Of a DNA stretch of 34,345 nucleotides, positions 1 to 7,980 are shown piece after piece; the stretch's first letter is position 1; every line of letters begins with the position of its first letter. A program made the translations under genes and the position numbers. The notes below the pieces were generated by a model that saw only the letters and a list, made by a program, of their open reading frames with translations, was not told the origin of the DNA and did not search any database. This DNA comes from Alphaproteobacteria bacterium (GTDB lineage Bacteria > Pseudomonadota > Alphaproteobacteria > Rickettsiales > JAFLCR01): contig JAFLCR010000001.1 of assembly GCA_017302755.1 (NCBI GenBank), forward strand, positions 1 to 34,345, written 5' to 3'.

Positions 1-966
1 AACTGGTTCTACCTCGCCTTCATCGTGACCGTGCCGGTGCTGCATGTGGTGAATGGGATCAGCGTGCCTGTGTCGATCACCGACGCCAAAAGCTATCCCG
101 TGTGGGGCGGCGTGCAATCGGCGTTGATCCAGTGGTGGTACGGGCATAATGCAGTGGGCTTTTTCCTCACCGCCGGGTTCCTGGGCATCATGTATTACTT
201 CATTCCCAAGCGTGCGAACCGGCCGGTTTACTCCTACCGCCTGTCGATTCTGCATTTCTGGTCGCTGATCTTCATCTACATCTGGGCAGGTCCGCACCAT
301 CTGCACTACACCTCCCTGCCCGACTGGGCGCAGACACTCGGCATGACCTTCTCGATCATGCTCTGGATGCCGAGTTGGGGCGGGATGATCAACGGCGTGA
401 TGACGCTTTCCGGCGCCTGGAACAAGCTGCGCGAAGACCCGGTGCTCAGCTTCATGATCGTCGCCCTGGCGTTTTACGGCATGAGTACGTTCGAAGGCCC
501 GTTGATGTCGATCAAGGCCGTGAACTCATTGTCGCACTATACGGACTGGACCATCGGTCACGTGCATTCCGGCGCTTTGGGCTGGGTAGCATTTATCAGT
601 TTCGGCGCCATCTACCACCTGGTGCCGGTGCTGTGGGGCAAGAAAGAACTTTATTCAATGCGGCTGGTGAATATTCACCTCTGGATCGCGACCATCGGCA
701 TCGTGCTTTACATCACGGCGATGTGGGTGGCGGGCATCATGCAGGGGCTGATGTGGCGCTCCTATGACGCCCAAGGCTTCCTCGAATATTCCTTCGTGGA
801 GAGCGTTGCCGCCATGCATCCCTATTACCTGATCCGCGCCCTGGGCGGGCTGCTATACCTGATCGGCGCGCTGATCATGGTCTATAACCTCTACAAAACC
901 ATCACCGGATGCGCGAAGACATGCGGTGCCTGCGCCTGCGGGAACAAGGAGACGGCCTATGCTTGA
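1..966 (+). CDS. ccoN: cbb3-type cytochrome c oxidase subunit I (CcoN/FixN), 5' end cut by window edge
   Basis: Frame 1 is open from base 1 ([15 protein letters not shown]...), so the track start at 25 is not the true start. Polytopic membrane protein with heme-copper oxidase His motifs ([28 protein letters not shown]). Followed directly by ccoO-ccoQ-ccoP. Confidence 0.95.
   Translation, partial: NWFYLAFIVTVPVLHVVNGISVPVSITDAKSYPVWGGVQSALIQWWYGHNAVGFFLTAGFLGIMYYFIPKRANRPVYSYRLSILHFWSLIFIYIWAGPHHLHYTSLPDWAQTLGMTFSIMLWMPSWGGMINGVMTLSGAWNKLREDPVLSFMIVALAFYGMSTFEGPLMSIKAVNSLSHYTDWTIGHVHSGALGWVAFISFGAIYHLVPVLWGKKELYSMRLVNIHLWIATIGIVLYITAMWVAGIMQGLMWRSYDAQGFLEYSFVESVAAMHPYYLIRALGGLLYLIGALIMVYNLYKTITGCAKTCGACACGNKETAYA
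502..515. promoter_or_regulatory. Intragenic sequence matching the FNR/FixK consensus (TTGAT-N4-ATCAA) inside ccoN; function unproven
   Basis: TTGATGTCGATCAA read directly at 502-515. All 10 specified consensus positions match. It lies in codons CCG TTG ATG TCG ATC AAG (PLMSIK). Confidence 0.3.
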
Positions 967-1687
967 GTCGCATAAGAAACTCGAGAAGAATTCGGTCCTG
1001 CTGCTGATCTTCACTATCGTGGCGGTATCGATCGGCGGGCTGGTGGAAATCGTGCCGCTGTTCCGTCTCGAAACGACGATCGAGAAAATCTCCGGCATGC
1101 GCCCGCTCACGCCGCTGGAGCTGGCGGGACAGGACATCTACATCCGCGAAGGATGCTACACCTGCCACAGCCAGCAGATCCGCCCGCTGCGCGACGAGGT
1201 GGAACGCTACGGCCATTACTCGCTGGCGGCGGAAAGCATGTATGACCATCCGTTCCAATGGGGCAGCAAGCGCACCGGCCCCGATCTGGCGCGAGTCGGC
1301 GGCAAGTATTCGGATGAGTGGCACACCGCCCATCTCGTCCAGCCGCGGGACGTGGTTCCCGAATCCATCATGCCCTCCTACGGCTTTATGCTGAACAAGG
1401 GCGCGGATCTCTATCGCATCGGAAAACATATGAAAGGGCTACGCACCGTCGGCGTTCCCTACACGGATGAAATGATCGCGAATGCCTATAAGGATGCGAT
1501 GGCGCAGGCCAACGCATCCGGCGACGGCGGAGATATTACCACGCGTTACGGCAAGAAAGTGAATGTGCGCGATTTCGACGGCCAGCCGGGGTTCGTCTCC
1601 GAGATGGATGCGTTGGTGGCCTATCTCCAGGTACTCGGCACGCTGGCCGACATCAAGGACTACAAGCCCGTGGAGGCTAAGCCATGA
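959..1687 (+). CDS. ccoO: cbb3-type cytochrome c oxidase subunit II, mono-heme (CcoO/FixO)
   Basis: The track ORF starts at 926, but that extension lies inside ccoN. ATG at 959 ([16 protein letters not shown]...) is 7 nt after AAGGAG (946-951) and overlaps the ccoN stop (ATGCTTGA). One N-terminal TM segment, then heme c motif CYTCH. Confidence 0.93.
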   Translation: MLESHKKLEKNSVLLLIFTIVAVSIGGLVEIVPLFRLETTIEKISGMRPLTPLELAGQDIYIREGCYTCHSQQIRPLRDEVERYGHYSLAAESMYDHPFQWGSKRTGPDLARVGGKYSDEWHTAHLVQPRDVVPESIMPSYGFMLNKGADLYRIGKHMKGLRTVGVPYTDEMIANAYKDAMAQANASGDGGDITTRYGKKVNVRDFDGQPGFVSEMDALVAYLQVLGTLADIKDYKPVEAKP

Positions 1688-1845
1688 TGGAGTTCATCGC
1701 CACTTACGCTCCCACCGCGGCGCTGCTTTTCTTCTTTGTGTTTTTTGCGGGCATCGTCTTCTGGGTGTTCCGCCCCGGCGCTAAAAAGACCCTGCAATCG
1801 CACGCCCAGATTCCGCTGAAGGAGGACCGCCATGGCGGAGAATAA
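1684..1845 (+). CDS. ccoQ: cbb3 oxidase small subunit CcoQ/FixQ (53 aa, below the track cutoff)
   Basis: Hand translation: [53 protein letters not shown]. The ATG overlaps the ccoO stop (ATGA) and the 3' end overlaps the ccoP start by 14 nt. Single TM helix, in the canonical position between ccoO and ccoP. Confidence 0.85.
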   Translation: MMEFIATYAPTAALLFFFVFFAGIVFWVFRPGAKKTLQSHAQIPLKEDRHGGE

Positions 1846-2692
1846 AGAAAAAGACGACATCACCGGCATCGAAACCACCGGGCATGAATGGGACGGGTTG
1901 AAAGAACTCAATAACCCCGCGCCGCGCTGGTGGCTGTGGGTGTTTATTTTGACCGTCATCTGGTCGTTCGGCTACTGGGTGATCTATCCCGCCTGGCCGA
2001 CGCTTACCGGCAATACGCAAGGCTCTCTGGGCTGGACCCAGTATAAGAAGCTTGAATCCGAGCAGGCGGAAATCATCTTCCGGCGTGGCGAGTTTCTGGA
2101 GAAGATCAAGACCGCCACCCTTGAAGAAATTCAGAAGGATGAAAAACTCTACGCCTTCGCCATTGCCGGGGGCAAGACGATGTTCAAGGAAAACTGCGCC
2201 GCCTGCCACGGCACGGGCGCGCAGGGAACCAAAGGCTATCCCAACCTCAACGACGACGACTGGATTTGGGGTGGAAAACTGGAGGACATCTACGCTACGC
2301 TGAAAAAAGGCGTGCGCTCAAACCATGAAAGCACGCGCATCTCGCAAATGCCCGCGTTCGGCAAGGACGGCATTCTCAAGCAGGAGGAAATCGCCAACGT
2401 GACGAATCACGTCCTGCATCTGTCCGGCCAGGGAGACGCGGATGCGGAAGGCAACACCCTCTTCCAGCAGAACTGCGCGTCTTGCCACGGCGCGGAAGGC
2501 AAGGGAAGCCGCGAGTTCGGCGCGCCCAACCTGACGGACGTCATCTGGCTCTACGGCGGCGACAAGGCGAGCGTCCAACGCCAAATTGTCAACCCGCGCC
2601 ACGGCGTCATGCCCAACTGGGACACCCGCCTTCCCGACGAGACGATCAAGCAGCTCACCATTTACGTCCACTCACTGGGAGGCGGAGAATAG
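1832..2692 (+). CDS. ccoP: cbb3-type cytochrome c oxidase subunit III, di-heme (CcoP/FixP)
   Basis: 286 aa. N-terminal HEWDGLKELNNPAPRWW and a TM helix, then two heme c motifs (CAACH, CASCH). Confidence 0.94.
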   Translation: MAENKEKDDITGIETTGHEWDGLKELNNPAPRWWLWVFILTVIWSFGYWVIYPAWPTLTGNTQGSLGWTQYKKLESEQAEIIFRRGEFLEKIKTATLEEIQKDEKLYAFAIAGGKTMFKENCAACHGTGAQGTKGYPNLNDDDWIWGGKLEDIYATLKKGVRSNHESTRISQMPAFGKDGILKQEEIANVTNHVLHLSGQGDADAEGNTLFQQNCASCHGAEGKGSREFGAPNLTDVIWLYGGDKASVQRQIVNPRHGVMPNWDTRLPDETIKQLTIYVHSLGGGE

Positions 2693-2707
2693 ACCTCTCC
2701 ATGAATC

Positions 2708-4120
2708 ATGGCCACACAACCCATCCAGCTTTTTGAAAAAAAGCCCACCATCTATCCCAAGCGGGTATGGGGCAGATACCGCAAGCTGAAATGGGCGGCC
2801 ATGATCGTGCTGCTCGGTATTTACTACCTGGCTCCCTGGCTGCGCTGGGACCGCGGCCCGCATGCGCCCGACCAGGCGATCCTGATCGACATGCCCGCAC
2901 GGCGCGCCTATTTCTTCTTCATCGAGATTTGGCCGCAGGAGGTTTATTACCTCACCGGCATCCTGATTCTTGCGGCGGTCGGGCTGTTCGTTGTCACCAG
3001 CCTGCTGGGCCGCGTGTGGTGCGGCTATGCCTGCCCGCAGACGGTATGGACGGATCTTTTCGTCTGGGTCGAGCGCATCGTGCAGGGCGATCGCAATACG
3101 CGCAAGAAACTGTCCGAAGGGCCGTGGACGTTCGAGAAGCTCTGGAAGAAAGCCGTCACCCACGCCATCTGGCTGGTGATCGGGCTTTTCACGGGCGGCG
3201 CCTGGGTGTTCTATTTCAACGACGCGCCGACACTGTTTGACCAGATCGTCCATGCCGATATTCCCTGGAGCGTCGGCGGGTGGATTCTGGGCCTCACCGC
3301 CTCCACCTATGTCATGGCCGGCTTCGCGCGCGAGCAGGTGTGCACGTATATGTGTCCTTATGCCCGCTTCCAATCAGCGATGTTCGACCGCGATACGCTC
3401 ATCATCTCCTATGACGAACAACGGGGCGAACCGCGCGGCAAGCACAAGGCGGGCACCTCCTGGGACGGAAAGGGGCACTGCATCGACTGCGATTCCTGTG
3501 TCGTCGTCTGCCCCATGGGCATCGACATCCGCGAAGGGCTGCAGATGGAATGCATCGCCTGCGGTCTGTGCGTGGACGCCTGCAACAACGTGATGGACAA
3601 GATCGGCCTTCCCCACGACCTCATCCGCTACGACACCGCCAATAATGCGGAAGCCCGCCGCGCCGGGGGTAAGCTGACCGCGCATATCCTCCGCCCGCGC
3701 ACGTTCTGGTACGCAGGCATCATGGCCGTGGTGGGAGGGCTGATGCTGGCGAGCCTGCTCACCCGCTCGCCGTTGGAGTTGACGGCGCTGCATGACCGCA
3801 ATCCGTTATTCGTGCAACTCTCCGGCGGGGAGATCCGCAATGGTTTCATGATCACCGTTCTCAACAAAACCTACGATGACCGGCATTACACCCTGGCTTT
3901 ACGCGGCATGGAAGGCGCGTCACTGCGCGTGCAGGGAACCCAGGATATCTCCGTGGACGACCTGCATGTCTTCGCCAACAGCGCCGCCCATTTCCGTGTG
4001 TTCGTGACGGCGCCGAAACAGGAATCCGCGCGCCGCGAAATCATGTTCTCACTGAAAGACAATGAGAGCGGGGCGGAAGATCATACGAATAGTATTTTTA
4101 TGAGCGGTAACGAACCTTGA
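2708..4120 (+). CDS. ccoG: cbb3 oxidase accessory protein CcoG/FixG (4Fe-4S ferredoxin-type membrane protein)
   Basis: 470 aa. Several TM segments, CGYACPQ motif, and two ferredoxin-type clusters (CIDCDSCVVVCP, CIACGLCVDACN). First gene of the ccoGHIS order. Confidence 0.92.
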   Translation: MATQPIQLFEKKPTIYPKRVWGRYRKLKWAAMIVLLGIYYLAPWLRWDRGPHAPDQAILIDMPARRAYFFFIEIWPQEVYYLTGILILAAVGLFVVTSLLGRVWCGYACPQTVWTDLFVWVERIVQGDRNTRKKLSEGPWTFEKLWKKAVTHAIWLVIGLFTGGAWVFYFNDAPTLFDQIVHADIPWSVGGWILGLTASTYVMAGFAREQVCTYMCPYARFQSAMFDRDTLIISYDEQRGEPRGKHKAGTSWDGKGHCIDCDSCVVVCPMGIDIREGLQMECIACGLCVDACNNVMDKIGLPHDLIRYDTANNAEARRAGGKLTAHILRPRTFWYAGIMAVVGGLMLASLLTRSPLELTALHDRNPLFVQLSGGEIRNGFMITVLNKTYDDRHYTLALRGMEGASLRVQGTQDISVDDLHVFANSAAHFRVFVTAPKQESARREIMFSLKDNESGAEDHTNSIFMSGNEP

Positions 4121-4599
4121 GCGACACCATGACCCGCCGCGATAAAATGATCCCATGGTATTTTGTGATCTTTTTTGTGGCTCTTGCGCTTATCAACGGT
4201 GTCATGGTGATGCTTGCCGTACGCACCCAGACCGGCACGGTAACCGATCACCCTTACGAAAAAGGCCTAGCTTATAACCGCGTGGTGGAAGCCGCCGAGA
4301 AACAGGAGGCGCTAGGCTGGAAAGGGAACATTTCTTTCACCCCCTCCGGGCCGGGAAAGGGAACGCTCGCATTTTCACTGCGTGACAGGGCAGACAGACC
4401 ACTGATGTGCCAGGTAACGGCGGTGATCTTCCGCCCCATAAAATCCGGAGTGGACCAGACCATCACCCTTGCTGCCGACCTTCCGGGGGATTATAAAGCC
4501 GATATCGACGTTCCCTTTACCGGCTTATGGGAAATCCGCATCAAAGCGGAAAGTGAGGGAGAAGTTTACCAGCAATCCAAACGGCTGGTGATTCCTTGA
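4117..4599 (+). CDS. ccoH: FixH/CcoH family cbb3 oxidase assembly protein
   Basis: About 156-160 aa with one N-terminal TM helix (IPWYFVIFFVALALINGVMVMLAV) and a soluble domain, between ccoG and ccoI. Start is ambiguous: TTG at 4117 overlaps the ccoG stop, or ATG at 4129 (MTRRDKMIPWYF). Confidence 0.85.
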   Translation: MSDTMTRRDKMIPWYFVIFFVALALINGVMVMLAVRTQTGTVTDHPYEKGLAYNRVVEAAEKQEALGWKGNISFTPSGPGKGTLAFSLRDRADRPLMCQVTAVIFRPIKSGVDQTITLAADLPGDYKADIDVPFTGLWEIRIKAESEGEVYQQSKRLVIP

Positions 4600-4609
4600 A
4601 GATAGTTTT

Positions 4610-6805
4610 ATGGCCATGCTTGATACCGCCGCCATTTCCACCAGCCGCTTCGTGCAGGACGGCGACGACGGAGAAAGGTCACTCAACCTGCTGGTGGAGG
4701 GCATGCACTGCCCGTCCTGCGTTGCGGTCATCGAAGGCGGCCTGAAGAAGCAGCCCGACGTTACCAGCGCGCGCCTCAACCTTTCCACCAAGCGGCTGAA
4801 GCTGACGTGGAAAGGCACGAAAGAGCGCAGCGACGCGCTGGTGCAGATCATCAACCACATGGGGTACCGCGCCGTGCCCTTTGATCCAGAAACGTCCGAA
4901 AGTTTCGAGAAACGCGAAGAAAAATTCCTGCTTCGCTGCCTGGCGGTGGCCGGCTTCGCGTCTGGCAACCTGATGCTTTTCTCCATCCCCATGTGGAGCG
5001 CCGACGGGATGGAGATGGGAGAAGGAACCCGCGCGCTGTTCCGTTGGATTCAGGCGCTGATCGCCATTCCCGCGCTCGCCTATTCCGGCATGCCGTTCTA
5101 CCGCTCGGCCTGGAACGCCGTCAGGGAATGGCGCACCAACATGGATGTTCCCATTTCGGTAGCCGTCATCCTGGCGACGGCCATGAGCATTTTTGAAACG
5201 CTGCGCGACGGCCCGCACGCCTATTTCGATTCCGGCGTCATGCTTCTCTTCTTCCTGCTGATCGGGCGCTATCTCGACGCGCGCGCGCGCGGCCGCGCGC
5301 GCGGCGCGGCGCATGACCTTCTGCAGATGATGACAGGGTTCGCTACTGTCCTTCAATCAGACGGAACCAAGCAGACCATTCCCCTTTCGGAGATTCAGGA
5401 AGGCATGACGCTTCAGGTGGCGGCGGGCGAGAAAATCGGTGCCGACGGCAATGTTCTTCAGGGAATCTCAGAAATCGACACCAGTCTCATCACCGGAGAA
5501 ACCTTGCCGCGCCCGGTGCAAGAGGGCGCACAAGTTTTCGCTGGAATGATCAATGTCTCCGCCCCCATCCTGGTGCAGGTAACAAAAGCTGGCGAGCGCT
5601 CCCTGCTGGCCGAGATTGTGCGGCTGATGGAAACCGCCGAACAATCCCAAGCGCGCTACGTCACCCTCGCGGATAAAATTTCCGAATGGTACACGCCGGC
5701 GGTTCATGTGCTCGCCGCCGGCACCTTTCTTGGTTGGTGGCTCTGGGGGGGCGTGGCATGGCAAGTGGCGCTGCTATATGCAGCGACCGTGCTTATCATC
5801 ACCTGCCCCTGCGCCCTTGGGCTAGCCGTGCCTGTGGTGCAGGTGCTGGCCAGCGGCAGACTGATGCGCAGCGGCATTCTTCTTAAATCCGGGAGCGCCC
5901 TGGAACGCCTTTCCGCGATCACCTACGCCGCGTTCGACAAAACAGGCACCTTGACCCTCGGCAAGCCGGAGCTTCTGGAGCGCGGGCAGTACAGCGCCAA
6001 GCAGCTACAGCTTGCCGCCTCGCTCGCTTCGCATAGCCGCCATCCCCTTTCGCGAGCCGTGGCGCAGGTTTATAATGGCCCGCTATTGCCGCTCGTGCCG
6101 AAGGAATCTCCAGGAAACGGCCTGGAAGCTATTTGGCAAGGACGAACGGTGAAGCTGGGGAAAGCTTCCTGGTGCGGCGCTTCCGCAAGCAGCGGCGAAG
6201 CGCTGGAGTTATGGCTCGCCGTTTCGGATGAGCCACCGTTGCGTTTTGCCTTCGCCGACGCACTGCGCAGCGATGCGGCTTCCGTCATTGCATCCCTTAA
6301 ACAAGCGGGGATCGGCTTAACGCTTCTTTCCGGCGACCGCGAGGGGGTGGCACAAGCCGTCGCGAAACAGGTAAATATAGCGGAAGTACATGCCGGGCTT
6401 TCTCCCCTGGATAAGTGCCGAATTCTCGATGAACTTAAGAAAAAAGGCGAAAAAGTGCTGATGATCGGCGATGGCCTCAACGACGCACCATCGCTCGCCT
6501 CTGCCTCCGTCTCGATCTCGCCCTCAAGCGCCATGGACATTACCCAGAATGCCGCGGATATCGTGTTTCAGGGAGAAAAGCTTGAGCCGGTTCTTACCGC
6601 CTGGGATATAGCCCGATTCTCACAGACGCTGGTGAAAGAAAATTTTCTGCTGGCCATGCTTTACAATGTGATTGCCATCCCCCTGGCTGTGGCTGGTTAT
6701 GTAACGCCGCTCATTGCCGCAATCGCGATGTCCGGCTCGTCGCTGCTGGTGATTGCCAACGCCATGCGCCTCAACCTTCGGAAGGCTACGCCATGGACGC
6801 GCTGA
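4610..6805 (+). CDS. ccoI: Copper-translocating P1B-type ATPase CcoI/FixI
   Basis: 731 aa. N-terminal heavy-metal domain GMHCPSCV, TM6 CPC motif (ITCPCALG), DKTGTLT phosphorylation site, GDGLNDAP hinge. Sits between ccoH and ccoS. Confidence 0.93.
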   Translation: MAMLDTAAISTSRFVQDGDDGERSLNLLVEGMHCPSCVAVIEGGLKKQPDVTSARLNLSTKRLKLTWKGTKERSDALVQIINHMGYRAVPFDPETSESFEKREEKFLLRCLAVAGFASGNLMLFSIPMWSADGMEMGEGTRALFRWIQALIAIPALAYSGMPFYRSAWNAVREWRTNMDVPISVAVILATAMSIFETLRDGPHAYFDSGVMLLFFLLIGRYLDARARGRARGAAHDLLQMMTGFATVLQSDGTKQTIPLSEIQEGMTLQVAAGEKIGADGNVLQGISEIDTSLITGETLPRPVQEGAQVFAGMINVSAPILVQVTKAGERSLLAEIVRLMETAEQSQARYVTLADKISEWYTPAVHVLAAGTFLGWWLWGGVAWQVALLYAATVLIITCPCALGLAVPVVQVLASGRLMRSGILLKSGSALERLSAITYAAFDKTGTLTLGKPELLERGQYSAKQLQLAASLASHSRHPLSRAVAQVYNGPLLPLVPKESPGNGLEAIWQGRTVKLGKASWCGASASSGEALELWLAVSDEPPLRFAFADALRSDAASVIASLKQAGIGLTLLSGDREGVAQAVAKQVNIAEVHAGLSPLDKCRILDELKKKGEKVLMIGDGLNDAPSLASASVSISPSSAMDITQNAADIVFQGEKLEPVLTAWDIARFSQTLVKENFLLAMLYNVIAIPLAVAGYVTPLIAAIAMSGSSLLVIANAMRLNLRKATPWTR

Positions 6806-6936
6806 TCTACCTTATTCCCATTGCACTCGGTCTCGGCCTTTGCGGCCTTGCCGCCTTTCTATGGTCGCTGCGTAACAACCAATTCGAAGATCTCGACGGC
6901 GCCGCAAACCGCATTCTGCGCGATGATGAGGAATGA
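6793..6936 (+). CDS. ccoS: cbb3 oxidase maturation protein CcoS/FixS (47 aa, below the track cutoff)
   Basis: Hand translation: MDALIYLIPIALGLGLCGLAAFLWSLRNNQFEDLDGAANRILRDDEE*. The ATG at 6793 overlaps the last 13 nt of ccoI. One TM helix plus an acidic tail, typical for FixS. Confidence 0.85.
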   Translation: MDALIYLIPIALGLGLCGLAAFLWSLRNNQFEDLDGAANRILRDDEE

Positions 6937-6939
6937 TGT

Positions 6940-7179
6940 CTACGCCGCTTTAAGCATAGCGAATAATTCATCCTTCAGATGCAGTCGCTTCTTTTTGAGG
7001 GTTTCCAGATTCTCGTCCGAAGACGCGCGGACACCCTCCTCTATCAGCTGCACTTCCTGGTTCAGCACATGATAATCGTCAAAAAGCCTGCGAAAATGGT
7101 TGTCCTTCATTTTCATTTCATGGATTTTTTCGTGCATTTCAGGGAATTCATGATGAAGATCGTGCGATTCCAAGGTCAT
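6940..7179 (-). CDS. DUF465 (YdcH-like) small coiled-coil protein
   Basis: 79 aa: MTLESHDLHHEFPEMHEKIHEMKMKDNHFRRLFDDYHVLNQEVQLIE... matches the DUF465 pattern as I remember it. Strong SD (AAGGAG) upstream on the minus strand. Divergent from ompW. Confidence 0.8.
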   Translation of the reverse strand: MTLESHDLHHEFPEMHEKIHEMKMKDNHFRRLFDDYHVLNQEVQLIEEGVRASSDENLETLKKKRLHLKDELFAMLKAA

Positions 7180-7234
7180 ACTGGCTCCTTCTTAAAGTAT
7201 TCCTCTATATTTGCCGTCTTTCCTGCAACTTTCC

Positions 7235-7248
7235 TTGATTTCGATCAA
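7235..7248. promoter_or_regulatory. FNR/FixK (CRP-FNR family) binding box, class II position for ompW and possibly shared with the divergent DUF465 gene
   Basis: TTGATTTCGATCAA is a perfect TTGAT-N4-ATCAA. Box centre is 7241.5. A -10-like CATAAT at 7270-7275 predicts a TSS near 7282-7283, which puts the box at about -40.5/-41.5. The ompW ATG is at 7307. Confidence 0.7.
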
Positions 7249-7306
7249 AGCATCTTCGGCTCTCCGCAGCATAATGCCCTCACTATTTATTACTGGGAGT
7301 TACTAT

Positions 7307-7918
7307 ATGCGCCTGCTTAGCCTGCTTACCACCGCCGCCGCTTTGATGGCATTTTCAACCCATGCCGAAGACGGAAAATGGATGATCCGCGCCCGCGCCA
7401 TTGGTGTGATTCCGGATGAAAGCAGCAGCATCACGCCGATCGGTGGCTCCGCGGAAGTGGACAACAGCTTGGTGCCGGAAGTGGATATCAGCTATTTCTT
7501 CACCCCCAATATCGCCGTCGAACTTATCGCCGCCACCACACCTCATGATGTAAAAGCCGAGGCAACCGCGCTGGGAACTGTGGACGTGGGCAACGCATGG
7601 CTGCTGCCCCCCACGCTGACGCTGCAATACCATTTTACGCAGTTCAAGGACTTCAAGCCTTATGTTGGCGCCGGGATCAATTACACGATCTTTTACAATG
7701 AGGACGCCGGCGCGCTTGCTTCAGTGGAGTATGATGAAAGTTTTGGCCCCGCGCTGCAGGCTGGTGTCGACATCCCGCTGCAGGGCAACTGGTGCTTGAA
7801 TTTTGACGTGAAAAAGATCTGGATCAACACCACGGCTTCTTTCAATGGCGGCGCGGTGAATGCGGATGTGGATATTGATCCATGGGTTATTGGCGCAGGA
7901 TTTGGCTACCGTTTTTAA
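7307..7918 (+). CDS. ompW: OmpW family outer-membrane protein
   Basis: The track ORF starts at 7211. The ATG at 7307 (MRLLSLLTTAAALMAFSTHA|EDGKW) gives a clean signal peptide and follows GGGAG. Beta-barrel-like alternating pattern, C-terminal ...GAGFGYRF aromatic end, OmpW-like motifs (ELIAATTPH, PYVGAGINYT). Confidence 0.88.
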   Translation: MRLLSLLTTAAALMAFSTHAEDGKWMIRARAIGVIPDESSSITPIGGSAEVDNSLVPEVDISYFFTPNIAVELIAATTPHDVKAEATALGTVDVGNAWLLPPTLTLQYHFTQFKDFKPYVGAGINYTIFYNEDAGALASVEYDESFGPALQAGVDIPLQGNWCLNFDVKKIWINTTASFNGGAVNADVDIDPWVIGAGFGYRF

Positions 7919-7937
7919 CGTATTCGGACCTTTTCAT

Positions 7938-7971
7938 AAAGGGGCGAGACAATACCGTCTCGCCCCTTTAT
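7938..7971 (+). terminator. Rho-independent terminator-like hairpin after ompW
   Basis: Perfect 10-bp stem GGGGCGAGAC (7941-7950) / GTCTCGCCCC (7957-7966), 6-nt loop, flanked by AAA and TTTAT. The stem ends only 14 nt before the next start codon. Confidence 0.6.
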
Positions 7972-7980
7972 AGTTGGAAT

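Noticed and set aside
1907-1920. TTGAAAGAACTCAA inside ccoP, plus several TTGAT half-sites (for example 29133-29146, TTGATGAATATCCC)
   Set aside because: They fit only the loose TTGA-N6-TCAA pattern or have 8 of 10 matches. All are intragenic and at no sensible distance from a start codon, so chance occurrence is likely at this stringency.
7211-7306. N-terminal extensions of track ORFs (ompW from 7211, MaoC-Pta from 7882, ackA from 9351, msrA from 14237, priA from 20690, HNH from 32245, coq7 to 33706, ccoO from 926)
   Set aside because: Each extension runs through an upstream gene, a terminator hairpin or a promoter region. In most cases an internal ATG with an SD gives a biologically sensible N-terminus, such as a signal peptide or a conserved family start.
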